DNA of 64,000 bases. Origin: Chrysomallon squamiferum (lineage: Eukaryota; Animalia; Mollusca). The stretch is taken from positions 18,848,001-18,912,000 of the forward strand of contig CM022670.1 in NCBI GenBank assembly GCA_012295275.1, in the 5' to 3' direction. The position numbers and the translations under genes were made by a program. Under the pieces are notes generated by a model. That model saw only the letters and a list, made by a program, of their open reading frames with translations. It was not told the origin of the DNA and made no database searches. Position 1 is the stretch's first letter. Every line of letters begins with the position of its first letter. This document shows positions 1-14,900 of the stretch, in pieces.

Positions 1-288
1 TAATATTGATTCATATATATTTTTTTATTTACTTTATTTTTCTTTCTTTCGTAAACTGCAGTAAAGAAATTGGTATTTAAAAAAAATATATAAATCTGGT
101 GACAGATGAATGTGAATAAAAATGAAAAATAAAAAAAGATCTTTTTAAATTAAATATTAATTGCTTTAGAAAGAGGGTGATTATAAAAACCTGTATTATA
201 TATAAATATAATATTATTAGTACATAAAATATTTACTTAAACATTTCAATCAGAAATAAATTTTAAAAAGTTGTATCGTATTTTGAAG

Positions 289-1708
289 TTCCTAAAAGTG
301 GACCCATTGTACATCCGTGGTTCTACAGCTTAGATTGCCGACATTATCCTGTCTTAGCACTTTATTGGAAGGTAAATATATTTTGTTTACTCTTACAAAA
401 AATGAATAGTAAAAATTATTGGAGAAATACTGATATTTGGAAAAATATGTTTGAAATTTAAAATTTACAATAATCCTAATGTAAATAATCAAGTGATCTT
501 AAAAAACAATATTCAAAATGTGGTTTTATTGTTTTTCCTAAAGATGAGTTTTCATTTGAACTTCATTTTACTTCATTATCATATAAACTTATTAATGAGT
601 TAATTCTGCAAGTTCTGTTTTAGAGCTTATATAGATACTATTCATGTATGGATATTCTAATGCACAATTTTCTGCCTTTCCATAAATAATTGTATAATAT
701 TTTGTTTTTGCTGTGAATATTATTGAAAAGTAAAAACAAATTATCAGGGACATTTACATGCAAATCCAATAATGCAAACAGTTTTCTGTGGTTGAATGTT
801 TGGCAACACTAGAATTGCTAAAACATGAATAACAAAAATTCTTTAATTTCGTAATTCCTTAATTTATTTATTTATTTATTTACTTACTTACTTACTTTAT
901 CTTCTTCTTCTTATAATTATTATTATTATTATTTATTATTACTTTTTTTTAATTATTTATTTCTAGGAAATACCATTACGTCAAAGAGGAAGCAAAAACT
1001 TGAAAAATTACAATATTTTCATTGGATCTCAGGAGCAATATGTAAATGGAACAGACGTTTCTGTTATTATCAGTTACACTGAGTTATGTTCAGGTGGATA
1101 CAGAACAGCTTTCATTCAAGCAGAAACATCTGCTGGAGCTTCTGATATTACTTCTATTAAAATATTTTCTCCAAACAAAGGTATGTGATAATACTTTATT
1201 AATTTCTATATATTAATCTTTAAGAAAACTTAGCATGTACTTTGGTTTAACTTCATTACTTATTTGTATTTTCAGAATATTTTTGTTCTTTGTATCTGTT
1301 GTATATATATATATTTTTTTTTTTTTTTTTTTTAAATGGAAATCTGGGTATGATTCAGTTTAATATGATTTCTAAATTTGGTATAATTCTTCTTATTATT
1401 ATTTTTTTTTTTATTATTATTTTTTTTTTAGTTCCTGCAAAACCATACAGTGTTCAGAAAATTATGAAAAATTCAAAACTTAAAGTAACTTGGAAGACAG
1501 AAAAAAACACCCATCCACCTGATGTTATACGAGTTCACTGGTGTTATGGATATTACTGGAAGAAAACAGATTTAGTCCATTGTCAGGTTAAAAAAAAGTT
1601 TTCTTTAAAAAATGATGTAATTAAAAACTAAAATTATTTTAAATAAAAATCATATATAACTATATTTTCAGTATGGAAACACAGTTATGTTAAATATTTA
1701 ATAAAAAA

Positions 1709-1760
<52 letters not shown>

Positions 1761-4700
1761 TATTATTTTTATTATTATTTTTAATTAACTTAAAATTAAA
1801 CATATCATTTAAAAAATACTTCAAAAATATCAAGGAAATAAAATTATATCATCTTTAGAATATTGTGTACATAACTGCATTTAATATTTAATTTTTTATT
1901 TATTTCAGAACGAAATTGCTGAAATTGTTGTTTCAAACACAGATGAATTCATGATTCACAGACGTTTCTCTGGCAATCCTATCAAATGTGCAAATTGTGA
2001 TTGGAGAATTGCAATTTCCATGGAGACAGATGGCATATCTAGTGGCTTGACATGGGAAAGGAATCCACTCAGTGAAAAAAGTAGAGTGGAAAAGCAAAAT
2101 ATTTTGTTTATTATTAATTATTTACATTATATTTCTTTTGAGGAAATTAAAATATATTACTTTGATAAACATAATGTTATTTCACTTAAATAGTTTTTTT
2201 CATATTTTTCTCTAAAAAAAACTCTTCTGTCATGGTCTCCATGTTTAACATCAGTTGCTAAAGTGCTTTTGGTAGTAGCAGCAAAACATTTTGTTTGTTT
2301 TATCATTTTAAGAACATCAGCGTACAAATGTTTTTGTATCATTAATCCATTTAGATTTTTGAATTTGCTGGTCATTACTAATTTTCTGTCTTTTGGTTTT
2401 GTACAACTGCTGGTAATGATCACTGTGTTTTAAATTGCATAGCTAAATTTTTATAGCTAAGGCTAATTTTGTAGAGCTAAAGTTTACGCAGTGGATTTGA
2501 TGATAGCTGTTTTATGTATTTTATTTTAGACTGCATTGGAAGTTCAAAGAAGCAGGATCATTTCAATTCAAGTGATAGTCTAATTATGTACAAATTGCTA
2601 GCATTGTTTAAAAAGTTACTGTACATGAAAAATTGCTAAATTTTTTGCCATTGTTGACTGCTAATTACTATATAAATTGTTCTGGAATTTACACCTTTAA
2701 TCTGAAGTAGACAGCATCTGGATTAGACAAGATTTTGTTCATAATAGATAATGATAGCTGGGCAAATTCTGCGACAAACGCACCCGCTGACCTCTCAGAA
2801 AGTGTGCCTGTTGTAGACGTGCTTCACAACAGCTTGCTCTGATTAGCATGTTAATTTTTTTCAAGGTTAAAGGCTGGGCAGGTCTTTGAAAGCATACCAA
2901 TTTATATTGAAATCCAGATTAGTCAAAGGCCGTTTTTTGCAGAGTCCACTATATATTTATGTATGTATATTTGACCTGAGCAGGATAAAGCTGATATATT
3001 AAGACAGTGGCCTGTTATTCTTTTTATCCAGCAATTCCAAACAAAATTAAAATGAAATTAACTATTTTATTTCTCAATACTCTTGACAGTAGTAGATCCA
3101 TGCATATTGATTTCACTGTTGCCTACACATCAAAACAATATATTTTTTAAATAACCACTATTTATTTGGCCTTTTAAAAACTAAACTGACAGTTAAACAC
3201 TGAAGTACATATATATAAATATATATATATATATATAAAACACATAATCTATTGAAGCAAATACAATTCTGTCTCAAAAAAACTATATTTATGGTCGGTG
3301 CCTGAAATCATAGAAATGTATCTAGTCATCACTTTTTGCCATTACATTCAGTGATTGCAGGATATAATTTTATACACACACACACACACATATATATGCT
3401 AAATGGAGATCAAAAATATGTTGCAGATATGATTAAATAATGTTTCTTCTTTCCGTATGTTGTACTCACACATAAGTACTATATACATAATTACAAATAC
3501 ATGTGTGTGTGTGTGTGTGTGTGTGTAATGTTTTTATTTTTTTTTTTACAGTAATATTCAAAGATGGTGATGGAAAAACTGTTATTATCATCTGTGTCCT
3601 TGTAACCTTTTTCATTTGTGTAATGATAATTTGCTTTTTATGGTAATTACAATTATTGTTTAAAGTTTAACATTAGCTGAACACTAATATATATACTGCA
3701 TAAACATACACACACACACTCACAAATATGATCATATTCACATACATATATATATAAAAAGAAAAGAAAAAAGTGACATACTGACATTTAAATGCACTGT
3801 TTTAATGGTAATCCACATAAACATCAGAGCTGTACCAGTAACTGCAGATTTTTAAAATTTAATTATATTATTTCGATTTTTTTTCTTTTCTTTTTTAGTT
3901 TTAACAGCAAGAAAGAACCAAGAGAAAAGATTGAATATCCATCTCATGTATATAAAGTAAGTTTAAATTATTGGTTTATTTCTTTGACAAAACCATACCA
4001 TCATACAGTTGTCTTCTTAACTTTTACCTAACTGGAAACTCTTAAGCTCACCCACTGTTATAAATACCCAACACTAACCTTTCTCAAAAACAAATTTTCA
4101 CAAATTTCAAAAATAATAAAATATTATTTTGTGGCAAGAAAGATATGGCAGTTAAATTCAAAATACTTTAAATGTATGTTCACTAGTTTCATCAGTGTTG
4201 ACTAATTATTAACAAAGAAAGAAAAATATGTTTTGACTGTGATATTTAGTGATTTGATTTTTTCTTTAGTTCTGTATAGTCTTGTATTCATGTACCTGTT
4301 ACCCAGTGTTGTTCTGTAATATTTGTCATTTCTTGTTTATTTTATAATTATTTCCACTACTTTACTTTACTTTAATTTGCTTTTTTATTTTATTTTATTT
4401 TATTTTACTTTATTTTTTAAATTATTTAGTTTATTGTTGAGCATATGAGTTTCCTGAAAGTACTTTTTGTGTTTTGACTTGTATCTAACCTAATCACTGA
4501 AAATTACATTAATACATTTAAAGGTTATTATTATTGGGGGGGTTTTGGGGGGGGAATTGGTTTTTTTTCCCAGTAATATATATATGTGGGTTTTTTTTAA
4601 TGTACAGTCCACTCAAAATTTACCTTTTTATTTGTAATTTCTAAAAGTCTGAACAATACAATCTACTGGAAAACAAGACCATAAGCTAGAAACAGCAAAT

Positions 4701-5829
4701 TTTGATCAGTTTAGACCGTAACTTCTTTGTGAATTAATTTGTAAATTTTTCCTTGTTAAAACTCTTGAGATTTAGTTTTAATGTACTGAATAAAATTAAA
4801 ATTTTTGTAATCTACATTATCATTTGTGTTTAAATCAGAATTTTAGTTTCTCATTTCCATTTATAATTAACTCATTCTTGGACTCTACCATAGATTAATA
4901 ATGTTGCCTGAGATCAAAATTATTTATTATTTCCAGATGGGGCCATCTCTGATTTAATGTGACAACTTGATTAATAGTTAAATAATTATGTGTGTGTGTG
5001 TATATGAAACATTAGCAATGTCACAATTATGCACTTTATGCTATCTAGACTTTACCAATGATCACTGATAATGTCATTCTCAAGCAGCGGACAGGGTGAG
5101 GATCATCAAAAATGGCTTGCTGACAGTTTATAAATAGATTTCAAAGAATAAATCTCTTTTGATACTGTTCTGCACACATTTCTATGCATCCTTGCTTTCA
5201 AAATTTAATTTCTTTTAACTGCAATCATCTCCAATATTCTTATGAATAAAAGTTAAAAATTTGCCTTACAAAGTCAAATAAGTAGGCTTAGCAGATGAGA
5301 TTTTTTTAAAAACAAATACACTTTCAACAGATCATTTAACTTTATTTCTGCCAAATTTCATGGAAATCTGTAATTGCAATCATGGTTTGTTCAATTATGA
5401 ACAATGTTGAATGCAATTCTTTGTTATGATAATGGATGTCACTATTTGAGGGAATGAAGACACATAATCCAAATGCTGTTGATCAAGAGCATTTGTTTAC
5501 CTTATTAATGTGCACTAATTCTGTCCTCAGCAATTTTTCGGTTTTTGTTGATATTTCCTTTGGCAACTGATTAAATAATTGTTTACACTTCTCTTTTATA
5601 CATTTTTAAGGAGATACGGGCATTTTTGTCAGGGTTTTTTACTCAGAGTGTGGCTAATTGACATAATAAAACAATAGGTAAAAACTGATACATTTTTCAG
5701 TGTCCTTCCATTAACAAGATATTTCAGAAAATGTGGTCTCATTTTGTTTTGTTTCTTAAGGCTCTATCCAATGAAACAGGACATTTCCTGGTATATTTGA
5801 ACTGAAGTATGTATAATATAATGAAAATA

Positions 5830-5860
<31 letters not shown>

Positions 5861-6407
5861 TATTTTATTTTTTAGTTATTTAAGAATACAGAAGATTCAA
5901 AAAAATCAACTGAGGTAAATGTTTTTCTTTTGCTTTCATTTTCATTTTAAAATTACAAAACAATTGGAATGTGATTCATATAAATTATATAATCCCAAAC
6001 ATATCAATATATGTGAGCATTAGTTTCGGAACATTAATTGCATTCACTTAATATTTATAATAAGTATATAAAAATATGTATATTTGAACTGAAGTATGTA
6101 TAATATAATGAAAATAATATTATATATATATATATATATATATTATATTATTTTTTTTTTTTAGTTATTTAAGAATACAGAAGATTCAAAAAAAAATCAA
6201 CTAGGTAAATGTTTTTCTTTTTTTGCTTTCATTTTCATTTTAAAATTACAAAACAATTGGAATGTGATTCATATAAATTATATAATCCCAAACATATCAA
6301 TATATGTGAGCATTAGTTTCGGAACATTAATTGCATTCACTTAATATTTATAATAAGTATATAAAAATATGTATATTTGAACTGAAGTATGTATAATATA
6401 ATGAAAA

Positions 6408-6445
<38 letters not shown>

Positions 6446-7280
6446 TATTTTATTTTTTAGTTATTTAAGAATACAGAAGATTCAAAAAAATCAACTGAGG
6501 TAAATGTTTTTCTTTTGCTTTCATTTTCATTTTAAAATTATGAAACAATTGGAATGTGATTCATATAAATTACATAATCCCAAACATATCAATATATGTG
6601 AGCATTAGTTTCGGAACATTAATTGCATTCACTTAATATTTATTATAAATATATAAAAATATGTGTATCTAAATTTCCCAGGTATGTTTGTGTCTGTGTG
6701 CATGTGTGCCTCTGAACGAAAAGTTGATGAAAAGACATTTATCAAAAAAATGTATATATAATAACACTTCTATTAATATTTAAAATATGTTGGGGGGTGT
6801 GGTATGTGTTGATTAAATAATTATTCCTTTGATTTTTTTTTTTTTATCGATTTATTTATTTATTTATTTTTTTTTTTCATTAAACAGCCGTTATGTGATG
6901 AACATTCTAGGACAGATGACAAAGACGAGAAACCAGCAATGAAAGACAGTGGACATAAAAGCAGCCTCTTATCTTCCAAAGAACAAAGAAGTAGTTTCAG
7001 CAGTGACAATAACATGAAAAGCACTTTAAATTTCTCATGTAATTCAGTTTTTAAATCAAAAATGACAGCATCTTCAGAAAAGACGTTTAATTGTGGAATA
7101 CATTCCTCTGGTAAGAGATTACGAGGACCTGGAGAGTTTGATATCTCAGACAGTAGCATGTCTGGAACATGCAGTGATCTGAACAGTGGTACATCTCATC
7201 ACTATGAGATGACTGTTGTAAATAAACTTGACACTAGCTGTGAAGCTTGTCCAAGTTCTCAGGAAACTTTGTTAGTTTAA
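289..7280 (+). CDS. Single-pass fibronectin type III receptor, gp130/Domeless (type I cytokine receptor)-like; 3' portion only, 5' end lies outside the window
   Basis: Frame-consistent GT-AG exons: 289-371 (VPKSGPIVHPWFYSLDCRHYPVLALYWK), 967-1180 (EIPLRQRGSKNLKNYNIFIG...AETSAGAS), 1432-1586 (VPAKPYSV...LKVTW...IRVHWC), 1909-~2080 (...SSGLTW; donor uncertain), 3552-3642 (TM segment TVIIICVLVTFFICVMIICFL), 3899-3956 (FNSKKEPREKIEYPSHVYK), 39-nt exon(s) at 5876-5914 and/or 6461-6499, and terminal exon 6888-7280 (Ser-rich tail). The FN3 motifs resemble gp130/Domeless membrane-proximal repeats. The family call is from recalled motifs, not a search. Confidence 0.7.
5792..6662 (+). repeat. Tandem triplication of a ~290-bp unit containing a micro-exon
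   Basis: Unit starting tatatttgaactgaagtatg recurs at about 5792, 6079 and 6372. Each copy carries (TA)n, an acceptor, the exon ttatttaagaatacagaagattc...gag and the donor gtaaat. Confidence 0.95.
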
Positions 7281-8930
7281 ATTCAGATTAAAATCATGGT
7301 TTCACACAGCTGCATCAAATATGAAACATAAAAACAGTTGAATCACACATTACCATTAATAATTTACTTACTATATTTATTGTTTGTTTGTTTGGATTAT
7401 ATATTTTCTTAAACTAAAATAATTGATTTTAATCATATTAGTGTTTACATTCTATGTTTATCATAACAATGTTTGTGCTGCATTTTACAAAAAATAGATT
7501 AGAATGATTCTTAAACCAGATTACTGATTATTGAAGTGAAATTTTCATAACCACCTTTTCCACTAACCTGTTTTTTTTTAGAAATGTACATAAACCACCT
7601 TGTTTAAAGTAATTCTACAAAATATTTTCATTATCTTCTTTATTTCTTCAAAACACGAATTCTCCGTCTCATTCCGATCAGTGCTCTATTTTAATTTAAC
7701 CACAAAGGACACATATTCAGTTTCTATTTCATTTTTAAATATTTTCCTTGATAAAAAAAAAGAAAGAATTTCTACTATTCTGTAAATAATTATCTACCTT
7801 TTGTTAAGTTTACAGCAACACTGGTACTTTACTGAAGCTATATGACATATATCATACATTAAAAATATATATATGTATATTTTATGATTACAACTAATGA
7901 GCAGTAATTAATAGGGAGCTATTTTTTGTATGTTATTTTTTGTCTTTAATCTAAATCTATATAAAATGAAGTGTTGATGCCAAGAGACAAAAAAATATGA
8001 TATTTAAGTCTTGATCCAATGATACATTTAAAACATTTTTATCCGAGTTTGTCTCATTATTGACACATTTACAGCAGTTTGAAATTAGTTTTTAATCATT
8101 TCACAATTTTATTTTATTATGACATTTTTTAAATTTTTATTATAAATCATTAAACTGAATTTAGCCATTTAATGTATTTGTCATTTATTCATTACATATT
8201 TTAAAAAGAAAATCCAAGTCTGTGTGTATGGATGGATGGGTGTGTATAAGTATGAATGTATATGTATGTGAATGTTTTTTTCTTCTAGATTGAAAAAGTT
8301 GATTTAATTTGTTCTGAAATTTTCAACTATGTTTATCTTTGTAATCAGAAAAGCTATAGTGTGGTATCAAAATTAAATTATTAAGGGATATGAACATTTT
8401 AGTGTGGAGGATAACATATTTTGGATCACAAAGGGAAATAAGAAAAAATGGTGGTTTTTTACTGTTTGAAAAGAAATCAAGCAATTATTATTTTTCTTTT
8501 CTTTCAAATATTTAATTTAACAAAACAGAAAAACAGACATTTATACATATTTATATATTTTATTTAAAAGTGATGATCTCAATAATTCTTATCTAATATT
8601 TTAAGTTAACTGACTTGTAACTAGCACAAGCATCAATAAAAAAGAAAAGATTTAACTTATGCTTTCCTTTAAACAAAATGATAAAACTGGAAATTTAGTT
8701 TTCTTTATTAAAGTTCATATTTTTATGCTACCAACTATTATTTTTATTTTCATGCTTATTAAAATTTTCAATTCCGTTTGGTGTCAATAAACATGAATGC
8801 ATTCCTGTTTCACTGCATTTTTGGAAACTCCAGTTTCAAGGTGGACCATTAGGATTTTGCCATCAGAACTATGCCATGTATTACTTAATGTAATTATGTC
8901 AGGAATTACTCTGATTTACTTATATGCATT

Positions 8931-11900
8931 TCATTTCATCCTCTTTCCCATCCAGAATCTAGGTTTGTCCTTGAAACTTTTAGTAATGTCATGAGCTGAA
9001 CGACGTATTTTTTTACGTTCAAAATGATGTTTTTCAGACTCCTCTTCTCTCTTTTTCTCCCAGTGACTCTGAAATAAATTTTATTTTCTATTTATATTCT
9101 GTATAGCTGTGTTCTAAATATTTAGTTTTAAATGTAGTTTTTAAAATTCTTTTTAAATTCCTAGCAATTAAAAATAATAATACTAATAAATACTTTTCCT
9201 TTAACAACTGAATGTTTAACAAGACTTTTTTTTTTTTGAGACCAAACACATGACTGATGAAAATACAAATTTCAGTTTTATCATTCTATAAAAGTTAATA
9301 TATTATTTAATTTTTAAAAAAACACTGACCTTTTTCAGAGTAAATGTCATTTCCTTATTTCCAAGAGATGCCATGTCTGTTCTGATTTCAGAATCATCAT
9401 TTCTTTCTTCAAGTCTCTCAGCAAGTGTTTTTCTGATTAAATTCAAATCAAATAACTATATTCATTCCATCTGACTTTTAAACTAGTGATATTTGGCAGC
9501 AACAGATGATAAATCAGACATGTAATTATTAATGTTCAAATGGAATGATGTTTTAGAATAGAAAAAGTTATTCATTAAAAACAGGTCTTCAAATTACCTA
9601 AATGAATTTTACATTCTTAAAATACTCACTGTTTCTAACACTAACAGTTACTAATAATAAAGCATAACAATAAAATTATATTATCATGAAGAAATGTGCA
9701 GCAGATATATATATTTTTCTAAATTTTTAAATGAAGAATATTTTTTATATAGTGAAAATGTAAAATATTCTTTAAATAAAAATACAGCAGTTTTGATTCA
9801 TATTTTTTTTTTTTTTTAATGTATAAAATTATACGATAAAATGGTAAACGCCAGGTAGGTAAGTATATTTTACTATCATACTTCCATATCATTAGCACAT
9901 GTCAAACCAATGTAATGTAAAAAAAAAATATGATCAATCACTTAAGTGACATTTAGTGGCATCTGAGATAACGACTTTATTTTTCAAATGTGAATGAAAT
10001 ATAATATAACATATTCTGAACAGTGAATATATATGGTTGAATAAATATATGTACAAATATGTAAGCATTTTGTGTCTTTGAATTTCACTTTAAAAACTCT
10101 CGGCACTTTTGTTCCAACCTAGTACATTATAAAAGCAAATTTCTCACTTGAGTTCTTTCTGCTTCTTTTTGTCCTGTAATGACTTGAACTCCTCTCCTTC
10201 TTTGATTTCATAGAACTTTGTCTTCATCATGGCTGCCTCCTGTCTTTCTGCCCATTGTTTCTGTTTGTGTTCTCTTGACACCAAGCGATGTTGTTTCTTT
10301 ACCTCATCAGTCCACACATGCTCATCATCAGAACTACTGCTTTCTTCATCACTTGGTCTACCTTCAACTTCATCCTAGAAGCAAAGAATAGGAATGTTTA
10401 TTTCTAAAAGAAATACTAGTCACTGGGCTGTAATCATATTGATACTGAGTTGTTGTTATGCCTTTATGAAAGATCTACATTTTTATATGTTTTGTTTTCT
10501 TTGTTAAAACCATTCATTCTGAAGTATATTTCACTAAGCTGTAGCATTAATTAATAATAACAATAACAATTAGGAAATAAATAACAATAAAATTTATAAC
10601 TAATAATTTTAAAAAAGCCCTTTTAATTTAATTATCCTAAATTTTGAAATATGATTTCAATCTATGGATTGTTATGTTAGTGTTTAAAGGCCTGCACAGA
10701 ATAACATGTGGCAGTCTATGTGTTAATATTCCAGAATTTTACCAAAAATTAGTATTCCCCTATTTCCATATATATCCACTCTTATTCAAACTAAAAAAGT
10801 TTCTCACCTCAATTTCATCAAACTGTTGTTCAACTACTGCTTGTTTCTTCTTTTTACTCTTGTCTAATTTTGATACAACTGGATTCAGTAGACGGTATTC
10901 ATCACTGGTTGTATCAATTTGGAAATCAGGGTTTGAAAACAGAGCAGAGAATCTGTTGTCTTTCATTATGCTTGACGTCAGTTTCTAAACAAATGTAAAA
11001 AATAATTATTATCTTCCTTCAAACTGAATCTCTAGATCCTGTCTTATTACTGGTAAGTAAACCCTAAAAAGCTTTGTTGTTTTATATACTGAGCATTTAA
11101 ATCTGTCAACATTACAGAGCAGTAAAGTCAGAGATAAAGTATAACCACTTTTACATCAAAAATACATCAAACCTGATACATAAATCTACCAGATTCTTTT
11201 CTTTTATTGTTTTATTTTGTAAATCATCTTTCTTGAAATAAAAAATACAGTATATTTAGTAGAATAAAATACTTTCTAAAATACAAAGTACAAAGCTATT
11301 AGAGGTCAAATTGAAAATAAGATAGAATCTTATATTACCTTCTTTTTCTTATTAGATCCTTCCTCATTCTCTGTCAGTTTCTCTGCCAAATCACGATTAA
11401 CCTTAGGGAGTTTCTACAATAAATACATTAAATTAGTTATTTATTTAACTTTTTATCAATAATAAAGGGTATTATAATAACTTGAATAAGTGTTTAAGAT
11501 CACATGCAGTATTCATTTGAAAAGGAAGAAGCAAGTAATTGAAAATTTAATTTCACCAGCGTTTTCACTTTACCTATTTACTGGATCAAATTGAAATGCA
11601 TGAAAAATCTTCACTTAAGGTGTGTTTGTCATGGAGGAAATAAAAAAAAGTTTTTCACCAGTTTCATCCTACATAGGTTCTTCAAGATCATTTGAGATTG
11701 CAGTCATTTTAATTGACATTTTTACAAGATTTATCTGCATCAAGACATTTTAATAAAATGTACTAACTTTCAACTGAACACGGTTTGTACGTTCATCCTC
11801 AATCTTCTCTCTGATTTTGCTCTTACGATAATTCTGATAAGCAAATGGATCAGATATTGCCTTTGCCTGCAAAAGAATAAAAACATATAATATTTTTAAG

Positions 11901-14900
11901 TCAGAATAATGAGACATAATTTTATAAAGTAGTCAATGACATAGGTGTACTTCATTATGAAAATTAGTTAAAAATATTAAATTTTCAGATAACTCAAACT
12001 AGTTACATATTTAAAACATTAATATAAAATTGTTTAAAAAAAATATATTAACACTAAATGCATTATAAACATGATTCACATTCTTAAAACACGAAAATAT
12101 ATATGTACATGTCCATGTGTTGTGTTACATGGTAGATGTGGTATGGTGTGTGTGTCTCTGTGTGTGTCCAAATGCAAGTATGCCTATGTTTAGGTATAAA
12201 TTAATGAGTTCATACAGATATATGTTTTATAATTTGATATATTTTACCTTATGATATAGTCTAATGTCCATGAAAAATCCATGCATGTAAGCTCGAAGAA
12301 GATTGGAGCCAATCAGATGTGACAGTCCCAAAGCTTCCAACTCGGTGCGAGTTACAAACTTGTAGTCATCATAGACTGAAATTGTTTTAGTATAAAATAA
12401 AATAAAAATAAAAAGGACAATGTACTTCATGGGAAGTGATGATTACACTCGGTTATTGATACTTGGGTCTTGACAGCCAAATGATAAATAACACTGTCTG
12501 CCTTCAGAGTGTGACAAATGGGTGCCATATGTTTGAGTCTTGACAACAGCATCTGACAAGGGTTTTTTTCAGTATTAAAATAAAAGCTAAAAGAATGTTT
12601 ATGTACAAAAATTATAGTATTCTCTATCAGTCTGAGAAATAAAAATGTGATAAAATGAGTGAAGTTTTTAAATATATTTTTAATTGTTTTTTTGTTTTTA
12701 TTTATTTATTATTATTGGGGGTTTTTTAATATTAAATGGCAAAATCCTTTTTGAAACTTACATTTTAACTTGAAATCCAAAAAGAAAAATATCTTATTTA
12801 AAAAATAACAGATGAAACAAAAAACAATAATTTATGGATATAATGCTATATCCCAAACAACTCTTACCTGTTAGTGTACTGCTTTCTTCTAACTCCTCTG
12901 TTAAATTATCCAAGAAAGAACACCAACGTGGAGCTGTTCCCAAACTCTTTAAGAAGAAAATGTAGAATTATTTTTAAATAATATACTGTATTTAAATACT
13001 AAAATATTAATGAAAAATTGTATATCAGTGGAGATAAAATGTTACTATCTTTATATCTAATAAAGATAAAATTAACCATTATAATATAATAATAAATTAA
13101 AGTGGAAAAATACACTAAGACATTTATTATTAAAAACATTCGTAAACTCAAATTTGAGTAAAAAACGACGTAATATATATATAACTTTGTTGATAAATTT
13201 CAGTTAATAAACATGTAATTAAGAACTGACTTACAGGAATGTAGTATGTCATTATTTTTGGAGCTTCGTTAGCCATAAACATGAGTCCTGAACCAGGTAC
13301 CTGACACAAATCATTGAGATCTATACCTGGCTCTATTGCAGTGAATGCTTTTCCCTGAAAAAAAAAAAAAAAAAATAATAAATAATAATAATATAATACT
13401 AACAATAATACTAATATAAATAAAAAAATAAAAATAATTATAATAAAAGAAGGAAAAGAAACTGTAGTAATAACAAGAATAACAATATTGATAACATCAA
13501 AGAAAAAATAATACTAATATTATTACTGTAATAATACAAAAAATATGTAATAATATTTCTAAAATGCCATCATTAATTTTGTTTTTACTATTATTTAACA
13601 CTTTTTCTTTGATAATTATTAGAAGAAGATAAGACAAGAGAAAAAGGAATTGTTTCTAAAAATTTTATCTTTTATATCCAGTGCTGTCTAAGAATAAAAT
13701 AAAACAAAAATAAAATTATACTACATCACATTATCCAAATTTCAGTTACATTTTATTAATGGTCACTTTCCCCATAGACTGTTAATGAAAAAAAACGTCA
13801 ATTTACTTATTTCTTTTTTCTTTTCATTTTTAATTTCTTTTCTTCCATCTTAGCATGCACTGAATTACTATCATTTTTAATTTTAATTTTGAAATTAACA
13901 TCTGAATATTTACCTGAAATTTAACACATTTGTATATTAAGTGAATTTTGTTGTTTGTAAGAAAACACACATAATAACAGTCCTTGACCAATTAACTATG
14001 GAGTGCTAGTTAGATCTAAGGCACCCTGAATGGATCCAAAGATCCACAACAGTCCAAAAGTTCATTAAAAGAAACTTAATCCAAGCCTTCCAATTTTAGT
14101 TTTCCAAACTGTTAAAAAACCACTACCCTTAAGGAACATGCCAATAATAGCTAAATTAATAAATTACAGTTTTTCTCTCCCACAGTTTGAGTATTTTACA
14201 GTCCATGGACAAGACCAGGTCCAGCTGGTTGTGGAACTCAATGTCTTTGATGGGCAGCTCATACTGATGGTCTTTTATTAACAGAGGTTTGTTTGATCTC
14301 AAGTCATACATTAAAATCTGAAACAAAGAATTAAAATTTAAGAACCTGCTGAGAATTAAATTAAACTTTTGATTATTTATGTACAAGCAGCATAGAATGA
14401 TTTTTTGTGCACTTTCCCTAGTTTTCACTTTTTAATCAATAAAATAGCATACCTGTTTGGAAATATGTTACTTACATTCAGAGAAAATAAAAATATGAAT
14501 TAGGAAAGACAAAAGGTAAGATACTCGTGGGAATACAATAACAGACACCCAAGCAATAAACTCATTTTTTCTTGCTGTTGTAAATAATCAGAGTAAATTT
14601 AATTTTATAAAATCTTAGATAAATATTGGGTAAATATACTTTGAGAGAGAAAATCCCTCATAAATAATCAAGAGCAGAGTAAAGAAATAAATAGGAATAA
14701 AACTGCTGATACTTACATGACCTGTATTTGTGCCTACAGCAATTGTAAGAGCATCTCTGTATTTCAGTGCTGTAACAGATGGCATCACTGGTAATCTGAA
14801 ACATTTAAATATTTTTATCAAATATACTAATTTGTCAAAAATATAATAATTGTTTATCTGGTATATTTTAGTATAATGATGATATGAGAGATAATTTCTT

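Noticed and set aside
2530-2571. Possible small phase 1-1 exon in the receptor stalk
   Set aside because: Open and frame-compatible but with a weak donor and no supporting homology, so left out of the model.
4600-4720. Possible extra receptor exon
   Set aside because: Stop codons in the required frame after the candidate acceptors.
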